From IMG/VR virus record IMGVR_UViG_3300045988_143938: a stretch of DNA of 64,000 bases. One strand, given 5' to 3'. This DNA comes from a virus. Made by a program: the position numbers and the translations under genes. This document shows, one piece after another, positions 50,921 through 59,411 of the stretch. Every line of letters starts with the position of its first letter. The first letter of the stretch is position 1. The notes under the pieces are model-generated. The model did no database searches. It was not told where the DNA came from and worked only from the letters and a program-made list of their open reading frames with translations.

Positions 50921-51313
50921 ATGAAGAATTATTTTATAGCAGCTATTATCGGGGTTGTTGTGTTAGTGGGAATTTTTGCAGTTATTCCTTATTATAATGT
51001 ATGGCAACAAGAAATGTCCGGTAAGGCGGAATTTGCAAAAGCAGAGCAGAACCGCAAGATAAAAATTGAAGAAGCGAAAGCTAATCTTGAGGCTGAAAAA
51101 TTAAACGCTCAAGCAGAAATAGAGCGAGCCAAAGGAGCCGCGGAAGCAATAAAGATAGAGAACGGAAGCATTACTCCTGCTTATATTCAATATCTATGGG
51201 TAAGGCAGCAAAGTAACTTAAATGATAAAACTGTCATCTATATTCCGACAGAAACTAATCTTCCAATTTTAGAAGCATCCAGACAATATGGAAAATCGAC
51301 AAGTAGTATTTGA
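50921..51313 (+). CDS. membrane-anchored SPFH/band-7-like protein (tentative)
   Basis: N-terminal TM then Ala/Glu/Lys-rich helix; resemblance to prohibitin-type proteins is weak. Confidence 0.4.
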   Translation: MKNYFIAAIIGVVVLVGIFAVIPYYNVWQQEMSGKAEFAKAEQNRKIKIEEAKANLEAEKLNAQAEIERAKGAAEAIKIENGSITPAYIQYLWVRQQSNLNDKTVIYIPTETNLPILEASRQYGKSTSSI

Positions 51314-51677
51314 CGGAAAGGACATTACTTTTTGTGCCGATAACGTTCCTGTTGTAAACGGAAATCCGCCGGAAGAGATAGTAATTAGTGGAGATTATAC
51401 TATTGACGCGTTTTCTTTGGTTGAACTGGTTGCTGCTATTAATAAAAATGCATGCGGCATGGTAGTATCAACTCCTATTGTTTTTCATTGTGAGGCATAT
51501 GGAACATCCTGTATTCGAATATTTTCAAGAGAAAAACTACCGGAAGAGATTGAAGATGCGCTTAATGTACCGAAAAGGATGTTGAACGCTTTAGAAAAAG
51601 ACGTACAACAATTAAAAGAAAAAATAGAAGCACATAATAACCTTGTGTGGTATAAGCGCATAAGAAAGATAGTATAG
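51288..51677 (+). CDS. hypothetical protein
   Basis: ORF track, 129 aa. Confidence 0.55.
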   Translation: MENRQVVFDGKDITFCADNVPVVNGNPPEEIVISGDYTIDAFSLVELVAAINKNACGMVVSTPIVFHCEAYGTSCIRIFSREKLPEEIEDALNVPKRMLNALEKDVQQLKEKIEAHNNLVWYKRIRKIV

Positions 51678-51721
51678 GATATCTTATCAGTAGATAATAT
51701 ATAACTAAATCAAAATCGAAC

Positions 51722-51943
51722 ATGAAATACTGCAAAAACCAATACGGAATACCAATAAAAAAGTGGTGCGTCACATGCCAGTTTTATGATAGCTGCAAAC
51801 AAAAAGCTAATAATATGGGCTTGAAAGATAACTGTTGGGTTATGAAAGATGCTTATCAGAAAGCCGGGAAAGGTGACGGAAGATTACGTAAGCTGGTGAT
51901 TGAAGATACTTTAGCAGGGAAAACTTTTAAATTCTCTGATTAA
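51722..51943 (+). CDS. small Cys-rich protein
   Basis: MKYCKNQ...WCVTCQFYDSC. Confidence 0.5.
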   Translation: MKYCKNQYGIPIKKWCVTCQFYDSCKQKANNMGLKDNCWVMKDAYQKAGKGDGRLRKLVIEDTLAGKTFKFSD

Positions 51944-52016
51944 ATATTTGTTTAGGTTGCCGGGCGGTCTGAGAAGATAGTCCGGTTTTTAGTTGGAAAT
52001 CATCAATAACAATTAT

Positions 52017-53033
52017 ATGAAAACATTTGAAGAATTAAAAGAAGAACTATTGAACCGGGCAAAAAACGCAAATGCCTGCCAAAACGGTTACAAAATGGGA
52101 CTTGATGCTAAAAATAAGGCTGATCTATTAAAAGCCATCACCGCTAACTGGTTTTGGGTATTAATAGATGCAAGGATAGTTGATGCAATATATCTCGAAG
52201 AAAATTTTACTGAGGAAGAACTTTCGGAAGCTGGTATCTATACACGAAAATGCCATGAGGTAAGAGCTGTGTCTTTTGCCTGCGGCAGTGCAACGGTGAA
52301 AGCCTGCGGCAGTGCAACGGTGAAAGCCTGCGACAGTGCAACGGTGAGAGCCTGCGGCAGTGCAACGGTGGAAGCCTGCGACAGTGCAACGGTGAGAGCC
52401 TGCGGCAGTGCAACGGTGGAAGCCTACGACAGTGCAACGGTGAGAGCCTACGGCAGTGCAACGGTGGAAGCCTACGGCAGTGCAACGGTGAGAGCCTACG
52501 GCAGTGCAACGGTGGAAGCCTACGGCAGTGCAACGGTGGAAGCCTACGACAGTGCAACGGTGAGAGCCTACGGCAGTGCAACGGTGGAAGCCTACGGCAG
52601 TGCAACGGTGGAAGCCTACGGCAGTGCAACGGTGAAAGCCTGCGACAGTGCAACGGTGAGAGCCTGCGGCAGTGCAACGGTGGAAGCCTACGACAGTGCA
52701 ACGGTGGAAGCCTACGGCAGTGCAACGGTGGAAGCCTACGGCAGTGCAACGGTGAAAGCCTGCGACAGTGCAACGGTGAGAGCCTACGGCAGTGCAACGG
52801 TGGAAGCCTACGACAGTGCAACGGTGAGAGCCTACGGCAGTGCAACGGTGAAAGCCTGCGACAGTGCAACGGTGAGAGCCTACGGCAGTGCAACGGTGAG
52901 AGCCTGCGACGAATCCTATGTAGAAGACTGTACGGGTAATATTAGACCGAGATATGATTACGCAATAGTCAAAGATTACCATAACCATAAGATATATATC
53001 AGAAAAGGAAAATTTGAGATAATAGAGGTTTGA
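52017..53033 (+). CDS. octapeptide-repeat (beta-solenoid-like) protein
   Basis: Helical N-domain then 26 copies of (C/Y)(G/D)SATV(K/R/E)A. Confidence 0.75.
   Translation: MKTFEELKEELLNRAKNANACQNGYKMGLDAKNKADLLKAITANWFWVLIDARIVDAIYLEENFTEEELSEAGIYTRKCHEVRAVSFACGSATVKACGSATVKACDSATVRACGSATVEACDSATVRACGSATVEAYDSATVRAYGSATVEAYGSATVRAYGSATVEAYGSATVEAYDSATVRAYGSATVEAYGSATVEAYGSATVKACDSATVRACGSATVEAYDSATVEAYGSATVEAYGSATVKACDSATVRAYGSATVEAYDSATVRAYGSATVKACDSATVRAYGSATVRACDESYVEDCTGNIRPRYDYAIVKDYHNHKIYIRKGKFEIIEV
52278..52901 (+). repeat. 26 x 24-nt perfect-register tandem repeat (coding)
   Basis: GCC T[G/A]C G[G/A]C AGT GCA ACG GTG [A/G][A/G]A; all other positions invariant. Confidence 0.95.
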
Positions 53034-53144
53034 CCTATTTCAACCGCAATAAGGTAGTGCTATTACTGTACTAAAAGCCGCGAGATAAACGAAGTGCGCA
53101 CCGTTTTGATTTAACCTTGTACAGGCGGTTCAAAAGAAGAAATA

Positions 53145-53381
53145 ATGGAAAATGAGCTTGAAGAATTATATAAGGAACTGAACAAAGTTAAGTCCTCCCC
53201 ATTAGCGTATCTTCCTGAATACGGATATTCTTCAAAGGAGGAAATTATTCAGCTTATAGAGGAAGATATAGAGGAATTGCGCACAGAAATAGAACGCAGT
53301 CAATACGATTACACACCTGATGAGCTTGAAGAAGAAAGAATGAGCCTTTGTGTTAGTCAGGGGTTATCAAGATATTGTTAA
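53145..53381 (+). CDS. acidic hypothetical protein
   Basis: ORF track, 78 aa. Confidence 0.5.
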   Translation: MENELEELYKELNKVKSSPLAYLPEYGYSSKEEIIQLIEEDIEELRTEIERSQYDYTPDELEEERMSLCVSQGLSRYC

Positions 53382-53400
53382 ACTAATAAATATAGAAATA

Positions 53401-54255
53401 ATGGGTTTAGAAAATTATGAAGTGCTTCCAGTAGAAGCACAAGATGTTCAAATCGTACAGGTAGATGCAGTTGAACGCGCAAACGTAGATAGTCAAGTTG
53501 CAACAGCAAAACAATATCCAAGAAGTATCAAAAGGTGCGTTGACAATTCTATTGCTATGGCAACAATGGACGCAGAAACGGCTCAAAGTTGCGGGTATGC
53601 GTTGCCTCGCGGTGGAAAGCCTATTACCGGGCCGTCCGTTCACCTTGCAAAGATTATTGTTTCCAATTGGGGAAATATGAGAACAGAAGCTAAGGTAGTT
53701 CAAATCACCGACAAGCAAATAATCAGTAGAGGCACCTGCTGGGATTTGGAAGCTAACGTAGCCTCTGCCTTTGAGGTGAGAAGAAGCATTGTAGGTAAAA
53801 ACGGAAATAGATTCAGCGATGATATGATTACCGTTACCGGAAATGCAGCAAATAGCATTGCATACAGAAATGCGGTGTTTGCCGTTGTTCCTAAAGCGGT
53901 GGTTGAAAAGGTATATAAAGCCGCACAAAAATTTATCACCGGCGATCTATCCGATGAAGAAAAAATAATAAAAAGAAGAAAAGGTGCAATAGACTTCTTG
54001 TTTGATGAATACGGTATTACAGAGGAGGAAACAATTAAGTTGTGCGGCAAACAAACAATCAATCAGATTAAAGCGAATGAAATAGCGCTGCTTCTTGGAA
54101 TTGTTCAGTCTCTGAAAGACGGAGATACTACCGTTGATGAACTTATGAAGCCAATCAGAGGAAGCAAGGAAGCAAAAAAAGAGGCTATGAGAAAGGCAAT
54201 GGAACCGGTAGTTGATAAAACAACAGGTGAAATCTTTAACCAGCCAGCGCAATGA
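53401..54255 (+). CDS. possible single-strand annealing / recombination protein
   Basis: Function inferred only from position, overlapping the YqaJ-like exonuclease gene. Confidence 0.35.
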   Translation: MGLENYEVLPVEAQDVQIVQVDAVERANVDSQVATAKQYPRSIKRCVDNSIAMATMDAETAQSCGYALPRGGKPITGPSVHLAKIIVSNWGNMRTEAKVVQITDKQIISRGTCWDLEANVASAFEVRRSIVGKNGNRFSDDMITVTGNAANSIAYRNAVFAVVPKAVVEKVYKAAQKFITGDLSDEEKIIKRRKGAIDFLFDEYGITEEETIKLCGKQTINQIKANEIALLLGIVQSLKDGDTTVDELMKPIRGSKEAKKEAMRKAMEPVVDKTTGEIFNQPAQ

Positions 54256-54920
54256 TAGAACAAAATTCAAGTGAATGGTTGAAGTCTCGAATTGGTTTTT
54301 TTACGGGAAGTCGCATTGGAGACCTTATGACAAGCGGGAAAAAAGGGGAACTGTTTGGAAAGACAGCCCTTTCCTATATATATGAAGTGTGCGCAGAGAG
54401 AAATCTACTCCCTAAGTATATTGAAGACGATTACTACTTCGAGATATACCAGCAGCAAGTAAGCTTCAGTAATAAATATACTGATTGGGGACATGAGGTC
54501 GAGGACTTTGCAGCAGAACGTTACCAACTTGTCACAGGTTGCGAACTTGAAGAGTGTGAAAGCATACAGCATCCTACAATACCTTACTTTTCCGCTTCTC
54601 CTGACCGGATAGCAATTAAGGATGTCTTAAGAAGGGTGGTAGAGATAAAATGCCCAACTCCTAAAAAGTTCATGGAGTATATGAATGAGGTTAAGGATAA
54701 CGATACGCTTAAATCAGTAAATCCTCTATACTTCTACCAAACACAAGCGGAGATGTCCTGTACGGCTTTGGACAAAGCCGATTTTGTCGTTTTCTGCCCG
54801 TTCTTGAAACATAACATTCACATTGTAGAGATAACGAGGGATGAAGCTGTAATATCCGAATTCGAGAAGCGGATAACTGCTGCAAATGAAATTATTAATC
54901 AAATACTTAACAAAAAATGA
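54252..54920 (+). CDS. YqaJ-like (lambda Exo-type) recombination exonuclease
   Basis: SEWLKSRIGFFTGSRIGDLM...SASPDRI...VEIKCP PD-(D/E)XK pattern. Confidence 0.8.
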   Translation: MIEQNSSEWLKSRIGFFTGSRIGDLMTSGKKGELFGKTALSYIYEVCAERNLLPKYIEDDYYFEIYQQQVSFSNKYTDWGHEVEDFAAERYQLVTGCELEECESIQHPTIPYFSASPDRIAIKDVLRRVVEIKCPTPKKFMEYMNEVKDNDTLKSVNPLYFYQTQAEMSCTALDKADFVVFCPFLKHNIHIVEITRDEAVISEFEKRITAANEIINQILNKK

Positions 54921-55297
54921 ATTTAACCGGAAGCATAGATTTGCTAAAGCTTGAAAAGACAGGCATAGCAACAATTAAAAACAAAAAGTGTGTTATTATT
55001 CCCATTGAGGAAAATGACTTGTATGTAAGCATGGACGAAAATCTGAAAGCGAAGTCCGTATATCTTGGCCTTAATGTTAATGAACGAAGAGAACCGAGCC
55101 AGTTTGGGAAGACGCATTATTGCAAGCAGTCTTTATCAAGGCAATACAGGGACGCGAACAAGACGGAGGCAGAGGCCAAATCAAAGGTTTATCTTGGAGA
55201 CTTCAAGCCTTATGAGTTTGAGGGTTCAAGCAATGCGGCTGCTACGGTGGAAGCGCCTGTTGAGCAGGTTGGTGACGATTCAGATTTGCCGTTTTAG
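54917..55297 (+). CDS. SSB-like protein with acidic C-terminal tip
   Basis: C-terminus DDSDLPF matches the DDD(I/L)PF partner-binding tip of bacterial and phage SSBs. Confidence 0.5.
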   Translation: MNLTGSIDLLKLEKTGIATIKNKKCVIIPIEENDLYVSMDENLKAKSVYLGLNVNERREPSQFGKTHYCKQSLSRQYRDANKTEAEAKSKVYLGDFKPYEFEGSSNAAATVEAPVEQVGDDSDLPF

Positions 55298-55344
55298 TTT
55301 CTAAATATATGAAAACAAATAGCTATTTAAAAAGCGGTTAATAA

Positions 55345-55409
55345 ATAACAAATATGTTATAAAGCACTATTGAACTCCATTGCTTATTATAACAAATATG
55401 TTATCTTTG
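55345..55409 (+). promoter_or_regulatory. two 16-bp palindromic operators plus -7 box upstream of hicAB
   Basis: ATAACAAATATGTTAT at 55345-60 and 55389-404; TATCTTTG at 55402-09 overlaps the second copy. Confidence 0.5.
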
Positions 55410-55437
55410 TGCCGTAAACAAATGGTCTTTGATTATC

Positions 55438-55623
55438 ATGAAAGTATCAGAGTTCTTGAAAAAGGCTGCGAAGATAGGATGCCAGTTTGTTAGTCATGGG
55501 AAAGAACACGATGTTTGGTACAGTCCAAAAACTGGAAAGTATTTTCGTGTCGGCCGGCATGGCTCTCAAGAGATAAAAGGCGGAACCCTTAACAGCATGA
55601 TGAAAGATGCGGGTCTTAAGTGA
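55438..55623 (+). CDS. hicA: HicA-family toxin
   Basis: 62 aa; ...SHGKEHDVWYSPKTGKYFRVGRHGSQEIKGGTLNSMMKDAGL. Confidence 0.75.
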   Translation: MKVSEFLKKAAKIGCQFVSHGKEHDVWYSPKTGKYFRVGRHGSQEIKGGTLNSMMKDAGLK

Positions 55624-55669
55624 CCCGCACATTTGTTTGCCCTAAACAAATATTCATTCTATTGCAATT

Positions 55670-56074
55670 ATGAAAGTAACAGCGGTAATTGAAATGTGGG
55701 ACGACAAGACAATCAGTGTATATGTCCCCGAATTTGACGGTTTCAGCTTGAGCGGTCAAGGAAAAAGTGTAGATGAAGCAAAATGTGCGCTACATGAATG
55801 TGTCGAAGATTATGTTACCATGTTTAAAGAACAAGGCAAAGACGTTCCTAAATCATTGGTTGATATAAACTTTGAATACAAGTATGATATAGCGTCTTTT
55901 TTTGAGAATTTCAAGTTTATAAGCGTATCTACCTTTGCCAAGTATGCGGGTATTAATCCATCGCTAATGCGGCAATATAAACAAAGAATAGCTTTTGCTT
56001 CTGAAAGTCAAAAGAATAAGATCGAAAGTGCTATACATAAAGCTGGTAAAGAACTGGCAGCCGTAAGGCTTTGA
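55670..56074 (+). CDS. hicB: HicB-family antitoxin
   Basis: N-terminal VYVPEFDGFSLSGQGKSVDEAKCALHECVEDYV (HicB/UPF0150 fold) plus C-terminal DNA-binding-like region. Confidence 0.7.
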   Translation: MKVTAVIEMWDDKTISVYVPEFDGFSLSGQGKSVDEAKCALHECVEDYVTMFKEQGKDVPKSLVDINFEYKYDIASFFENFKFISVSTFAKYAGINPSLMRQYKQRIAFASESQKNKIESAIHKAGKELAAVRL

Positions 56075-56112
56075 TATATCATTTGTTTACATCTCCTCTT
56101 TTGAGGAACTAA

Positions 56113-56145
56113 GGCGGTGGAATTAATTTTCACCGCTTTTTTATT
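56113..56145 (+). terminator. intrinsic terminator
   Basis: GCGGTG...CACCGC then TTTTTT. Confidence 0.6.
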
Positions 56146-56176
56146 GATTTTCCTTTGGCATTTTGATTTGAGTTAG

Positions 56177-56184
56177 TATCTTTG
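56177..56184 (+). promoter_or_regulatory. -7 box TATCTTTG
   Basis: Followed by a structured leader with T6 at 56232-37 and long-range pairing of about 56191-203 with 56316-330. Confidence 0.4.
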
Positions 56185-56374
56185 CGGTGAACACGCCAAG
56201 TTCATGTATTAGACATAATTTGTAGTAGCTATTTTTTGTGGCTGCGCATTGCGTTTATATTGCAAAGATATAGAGGCTATCACTCACATGGGTTACTACG
56301 ATTATGTAATAACTTGGACTTGGCGGTTCGTGAGGCGATAGCCTTTCTTATTTTAATAACTCAAATTTCATAAC

Positions 56375-56995
56375 ATGCCAAGTCCAATGAAATTGAGCAG
56401 CAATCGAAGTATAGTAAATTGTGGACTCACGTCTGCACACGACACGTGCACCCTTTCATTATCTTCTTCAACCGAAGAAATCAAACGTTATTTTAAAGCC
56501 ATTTTGGAACTTTCAAAACTGGATGTTCCCTACCCAGTAAACCTTGATAGTTGCTGGATGCTGTGCTATTCTGCAAAAGAAAAAGCAGTGCGAGCTTTAA
56601 AGGAAAATTTTATAGAAAGTGTTGATTATCAATTTTTAGCCCAAAATGGCGAAAACTCAAAATGCGGCAGACCATCAATAGAATACCACCTCTCCGTCTC
56701 ATGCTTAGAATACTTCATCGCCCGCAAGGTTCGCCCTGTCTTCGATGTGTACCGCGAAGTCTTTCACAAGGTGAACGAGATTGCCCCGAATATTGCCAAG
56801 TCAAGCGCAGCCGACAAGCGGAAAATAGCCCGTCTCGAAGCGGAAATCGAAAGGCTCGAAGAACAACTCAAATGGGCAAGGTGGAGCGAACGCAGGGAAA
56901 TAGAACTAAAATGCTCATGCTTCCACTACCTTGTCAAGACGAAGCAGTACGACAAGTGGGATGAATACAGACGGACCGGAATAATAAAACCATAA
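56375..56995 (+). CDS. AntA/Rha-like regulatory protein (tentative)
   Basis: VNLDSCWMLCYSAKEKAVRALKENFIESVDYQF resembles AntA-type N-domains; coiled-coil C-terminus; start uncertain. Confidence 0.45.
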   Translation: MPSPMKLSSNRSIVNCGLTSAHDTCTLSLSSSTEEIKRYFKAILELSKLDVPYPVNLDSCWMLCYSAKEKAVRALKENFIESVDYQFLAQNGENSKCGRPSIEYHLSVSCLEYFIARKVRPVFDVYREVFHKVNEIAPNIAKSSAADKRKIARLEAEIERLEEQLKWARWSERREIELKCSCFHYLVKTKQYDKWDEYRRTGIIKP

Positions 56996-56999
56996 CGCC

Positions 57000-57083
57000 A
57001 TGATTGAAATACTTATCGTGCTTGGTAGCCTATATGCGGGCTACCTCACTTTCCGCAAAAAGGGAGAGAAACTTTTCTATTGA
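57000..57083 (+). CDS. 27-aa TM peptide (below ORF-track cutoff)
   Basis: MIEILIVLGSLYAGYLTFRKKGEKLFY. Confidence 0.3.
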   Translation: MIEILIVLGSLYAGYLTFRKKGEKLFY

Positions 57084-57107
57084 GTAAAATCTAAGAAATT
57101 AAATATT

Positions 57108-57941
57108 ATGAACACTTCAATTATTAAATTCGATTACAACGGAAATCAAATTCCTTTTGAAAAAGGAGATGATGTAATGGTAAACCTTACAGCTATGGCA
57201 AAAGCCTATCCTGATAAGAATTTATCCACAATTGTTAACTCGCAGGAAATCAGTGATTATTGCGCATCACTTTCCAAACTAAAAAATTTTAGTTTGGCTG
57301 ATTTACTGATAGTTAAGAGAGGCGGAGATAATCCTGGTACTTGGGCTCACCGTCTTGTCGCTATTCGTGTTGCACAAAAACTAAATTCCGATTTAGCGGT
57401 GTGGGTGGATATGAGAGTAGATGAGCTTCTTAAATACGGTATGACCGCCACGCAGCCAACTTTGGAGCAGATGATAAACAACCCCGATCTTGTTATCAGC
57501 CTTGCCACGCAGTTAAAGAGCGAACGCGAGGAGAAACAAAGGATAGAGACGGAGAACTTGTATCTAAAAGAACAGAACGAAGCTCAACGCCCAGCTGTAA
57601 TATTTACAGAAAGCGTAAAGGTAAGTAGTACGAACATACTTATTGAAGACCTCGCAAAACTCATTACTCAGAACGGATATAAAATCGGAGAAATCAGATT
57701 GTACAATTGGTTTGTGGATAATGGGTATTTGGTACGGCACAAGAGATGGAGCAATTCAAGAAGGAAATACGAGAACTATTACACCCCAACACAGAGGGCT
57801 GCGGAAATGAAGCTGTTTTGGGTATCAGAAAGGGTTATTTCAAATCCGGGTCAACCACAGTTTACAAGATTTACATGTTATGTAACCGGAGAGGGACAGG
57901 TATATTTCATTAATAAATTCAATAAATTAAAAGTTGCATAA
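57108..57941 (+). CDS. phage antirepressor, KilA-N N-domain plus distinct ANT-type C-domain
   Basis: GTWAHRLVAIRVAQKLNSDLAVWV (KilA-N-like); linker YGMTATQPTLEQMINNPDLVISLATQLK identical to 20851-21672. Confidence 0.75.
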   Translation: MNTSIIKFDYNGNQIPFEKGDDVMVNLTAMAKAYPDKNLSTIVNSQEISDYCASLSKLKNFSLADLLIVKRGGDNPGTWAHRLVAIRVAQKLNSDLAVWVDMRVDELLKYGMTATQPTLEQMINNPDLVISLATQLKSEREEKQRIETENLYLKEQNEAQRPAVIFTESVKVSSTNILIEDLAKLITQNGYKIGEIRLYNWFVDNGYLVRHKRWSNSRRKYENYYTPTQRAAEMKLFWVSERVISNPGQPQFTRFTCYVTGEGQVYFINKFNKLKVA

Positions 57942-58323
57942 AATGAAAACAGATGTAAGAACAGTGTACCATTGCGAACACTGCAATAAAATATCACTCA
58001 ACAAAGGGGCTATGACATTACATGAGGATAAATGTAAGAGAAACCCCGTTAATAGGGCTTATTGCATAGGATGCAAGCATCTCATAGTAGAGGATATAGA
58101 ATATAGCGATAAGATTAGTGAATGCGATTCTGATGAGTTTACTCCAGGTGTAAGGCCTCGCCGCAAATTTATATGCGATATGGACAACAAGGTAATGTAT
58201 CATCCAAAAGTCAGAACGTTCAGTAAGGAGAAAAGAGATATGATACTTAGCATATCTCAAAAGCCTATGCCTAATCAGATTGAAGGTTGCAAGGACTTTG
58301 AGGAAAGGGACATTCCATTTTGA
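57934..58323 (+). CDS. Cys-rich zinc-finger-like protein
   Basis: CEHCNK...CKRNP...CIGCKH. Confidence 0.55.
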   Translation: MHKMKTDVRTVYHCEHCNKISLNKGAMTLHEDKCKRNPVNRAYCIGCKHLIVEDIEYSDKISECDSDEFTPGVRPRRKFICDMDNKVMYHPKVRTFSKEKRDMILSISQKPMPNQIEGCKDFEERDIPF

Positions 58324-58356
58324 TTATGAAACTATTATTATTAAAATACAAGTATT

Positions 58357-58767
58357 ATGCTGTACGAATTTAAGCTTAAAGTAAACAAGGTTAACGAGAA
58401 AGGCGATGAAAAAGAAGTCACCGAGCAATTCATCACTGATGTAGATTTGTTCTGTCAGGCAGAACAGAAAGGCCTTGAAATGTACGCTTCTAACAATATG
58501 GAGTGTGACGTTTTCGCAATCAGCCGTAGCAAGATACGTGAGATTGTCAATGAGAAGCAGGATGATGAGTTCTTTTACAAGATAACCCTTGTTGAAGTTT
58601 TTGTTGACGACAACGGGAAAGAAAAAGAGAATAAATATTACGTTCTCATAGCGGCAAAGAATATGGATGATGCCAACAAAAAGGCGGCGGAATACATGAA
58701 GCAGGGACTTCAAGATATGAAGCTGGACGCTATTGCCAAAACAAAGATTTTGGACTTAGTAAAATAA
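58357..58767 (+). CDS. hypothetical phage protein
   Basis: ORF track, 136 aa. Confidence 0.6.
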   Translation: MLYEFKLKVNKVNEKGDEKEVTEQFITDVDLFCQAEQKGLEMYASNNMECDVFAISRSKIREIVNEKQDDEFFYKITLVEVFVDDNGKEKENKYYVLIAAKNMDDANKKAAEYMKQGLQDMKLDAIAKTKILDLVK

Positions 58768-58905
58768 ACCAAAAGCCCTCTACTGATGTAGAAGTTCTGT
58801 GAAAGGTTCAGGTTAAGATTTAATCAGCTAACAAATTAACTATCCCGGTGTGGTTTGACCGCCTATCCGGGAACAAGGGCCTGTGAAGATTGGGCAGGTG
58901 AATAT

Positions 58906-59049
58906 GGAGAAGTGGTGTAATTGGTAGGCACGCCGTGGGTAGCGCGGTGAGTGTAATAGAAATAGGAAGTTGGTGCTTTTCCACCTTAGCAGTCATGCTA
59001 TAGTAACAAGCCGAATAAACTCGTCCCGGTTCGAGCCCGGGCTTCTCCT
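58906..59049 (+). ncRNA. tRNA-like gene with ~77 nt insertion at the variable-arm position
   Basis: Acceptor GGAGAAG/CTTCTCC; D arm GTGT-AATTGGTAG-GCAC; hairpin CCGTG-GGTAG-CGCGG; T arm CCCGG-TTCGAGC-CCGGG. Confidence 0.55.
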
Positions 59050-59064
59050 CTAAATATATTTACC

Positions 59065-59229
59065 ATGAGACTTACATTAACTAAAACCGAAATTGCAATT
59101 GTTCAGAAACTTGTGATAGACCGAAAGCGTGACATTCATAATGCAGGAGGTGACAGCAAGCAGTATGAGATGCTAAGTAAGCTAAATAAAAAGATTGCAA
59201 GGCAGGCAAAGAAATTTTATAAAACATGA
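59065..59229 (+). CDS. 54-aa protein (below ORF-track cutoff)
   Basis: MRLTLTKTEIAIVQKLVIDRKRD...; ATGA overlap with next gene. Confidence 0.4.
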   Translation: MRLTLTKTEIAIVQKLVIDRKRDIHNAGGDSKQYEMLSKLNKKIARQAKKFYKT

Positions 59230-59411
59230 AACCCTACGTAATTACCTCTATGGCTCTCATTACACACAGCGGAAAAAAGTTACCGCTTACAGTAATAGAG
59301 AGCCACATCCTAACAAAACCTTTGGAAACAATCAAGGATAAGCTGCTTGATGCTTTCTCTACGATGAAAGACAAGCCGGTGAATGTTGAATTGAAAATAA
59401 AATATGTATGA
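59226..59411 (+). CDS. hypothetical protein
   Basis: ORF track, 61 aa. Confidence 0.5.
   Translation: MKPYVITSMALITHSGKKLPLTVIESHILTKPLETIKDKLLDAFSTMKDKPVNVELKIKYV

Noticed and set aside
52278-52901. The 24-nt repeat arrays here and at 63685-64000 were considered as CRISPR arrays, or as a DGR variable region because of the adenine-linked variation.
   Set aside because: The repeats are contiguous with no spacers and lie in frame inside ORFs, so they are not CRISPR arrays. No reverse transcriptase gene and no template/variable repeat pair exist in the window. The changes are strictly A/G rather than A-to-N, so a DGR is not supported.
52161-52988. Two long minus-strand track ORFs (275 aa and 228 aa) covering the 24-nt repeat array.
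   Set aside because: They are reverse-frame artefacts of a perfectly periodic repeat (HRCT/SPLHCRRL strings). They have no independent start context. The plus-strand frame continues into non-repetitive N- and C-terminal domains.
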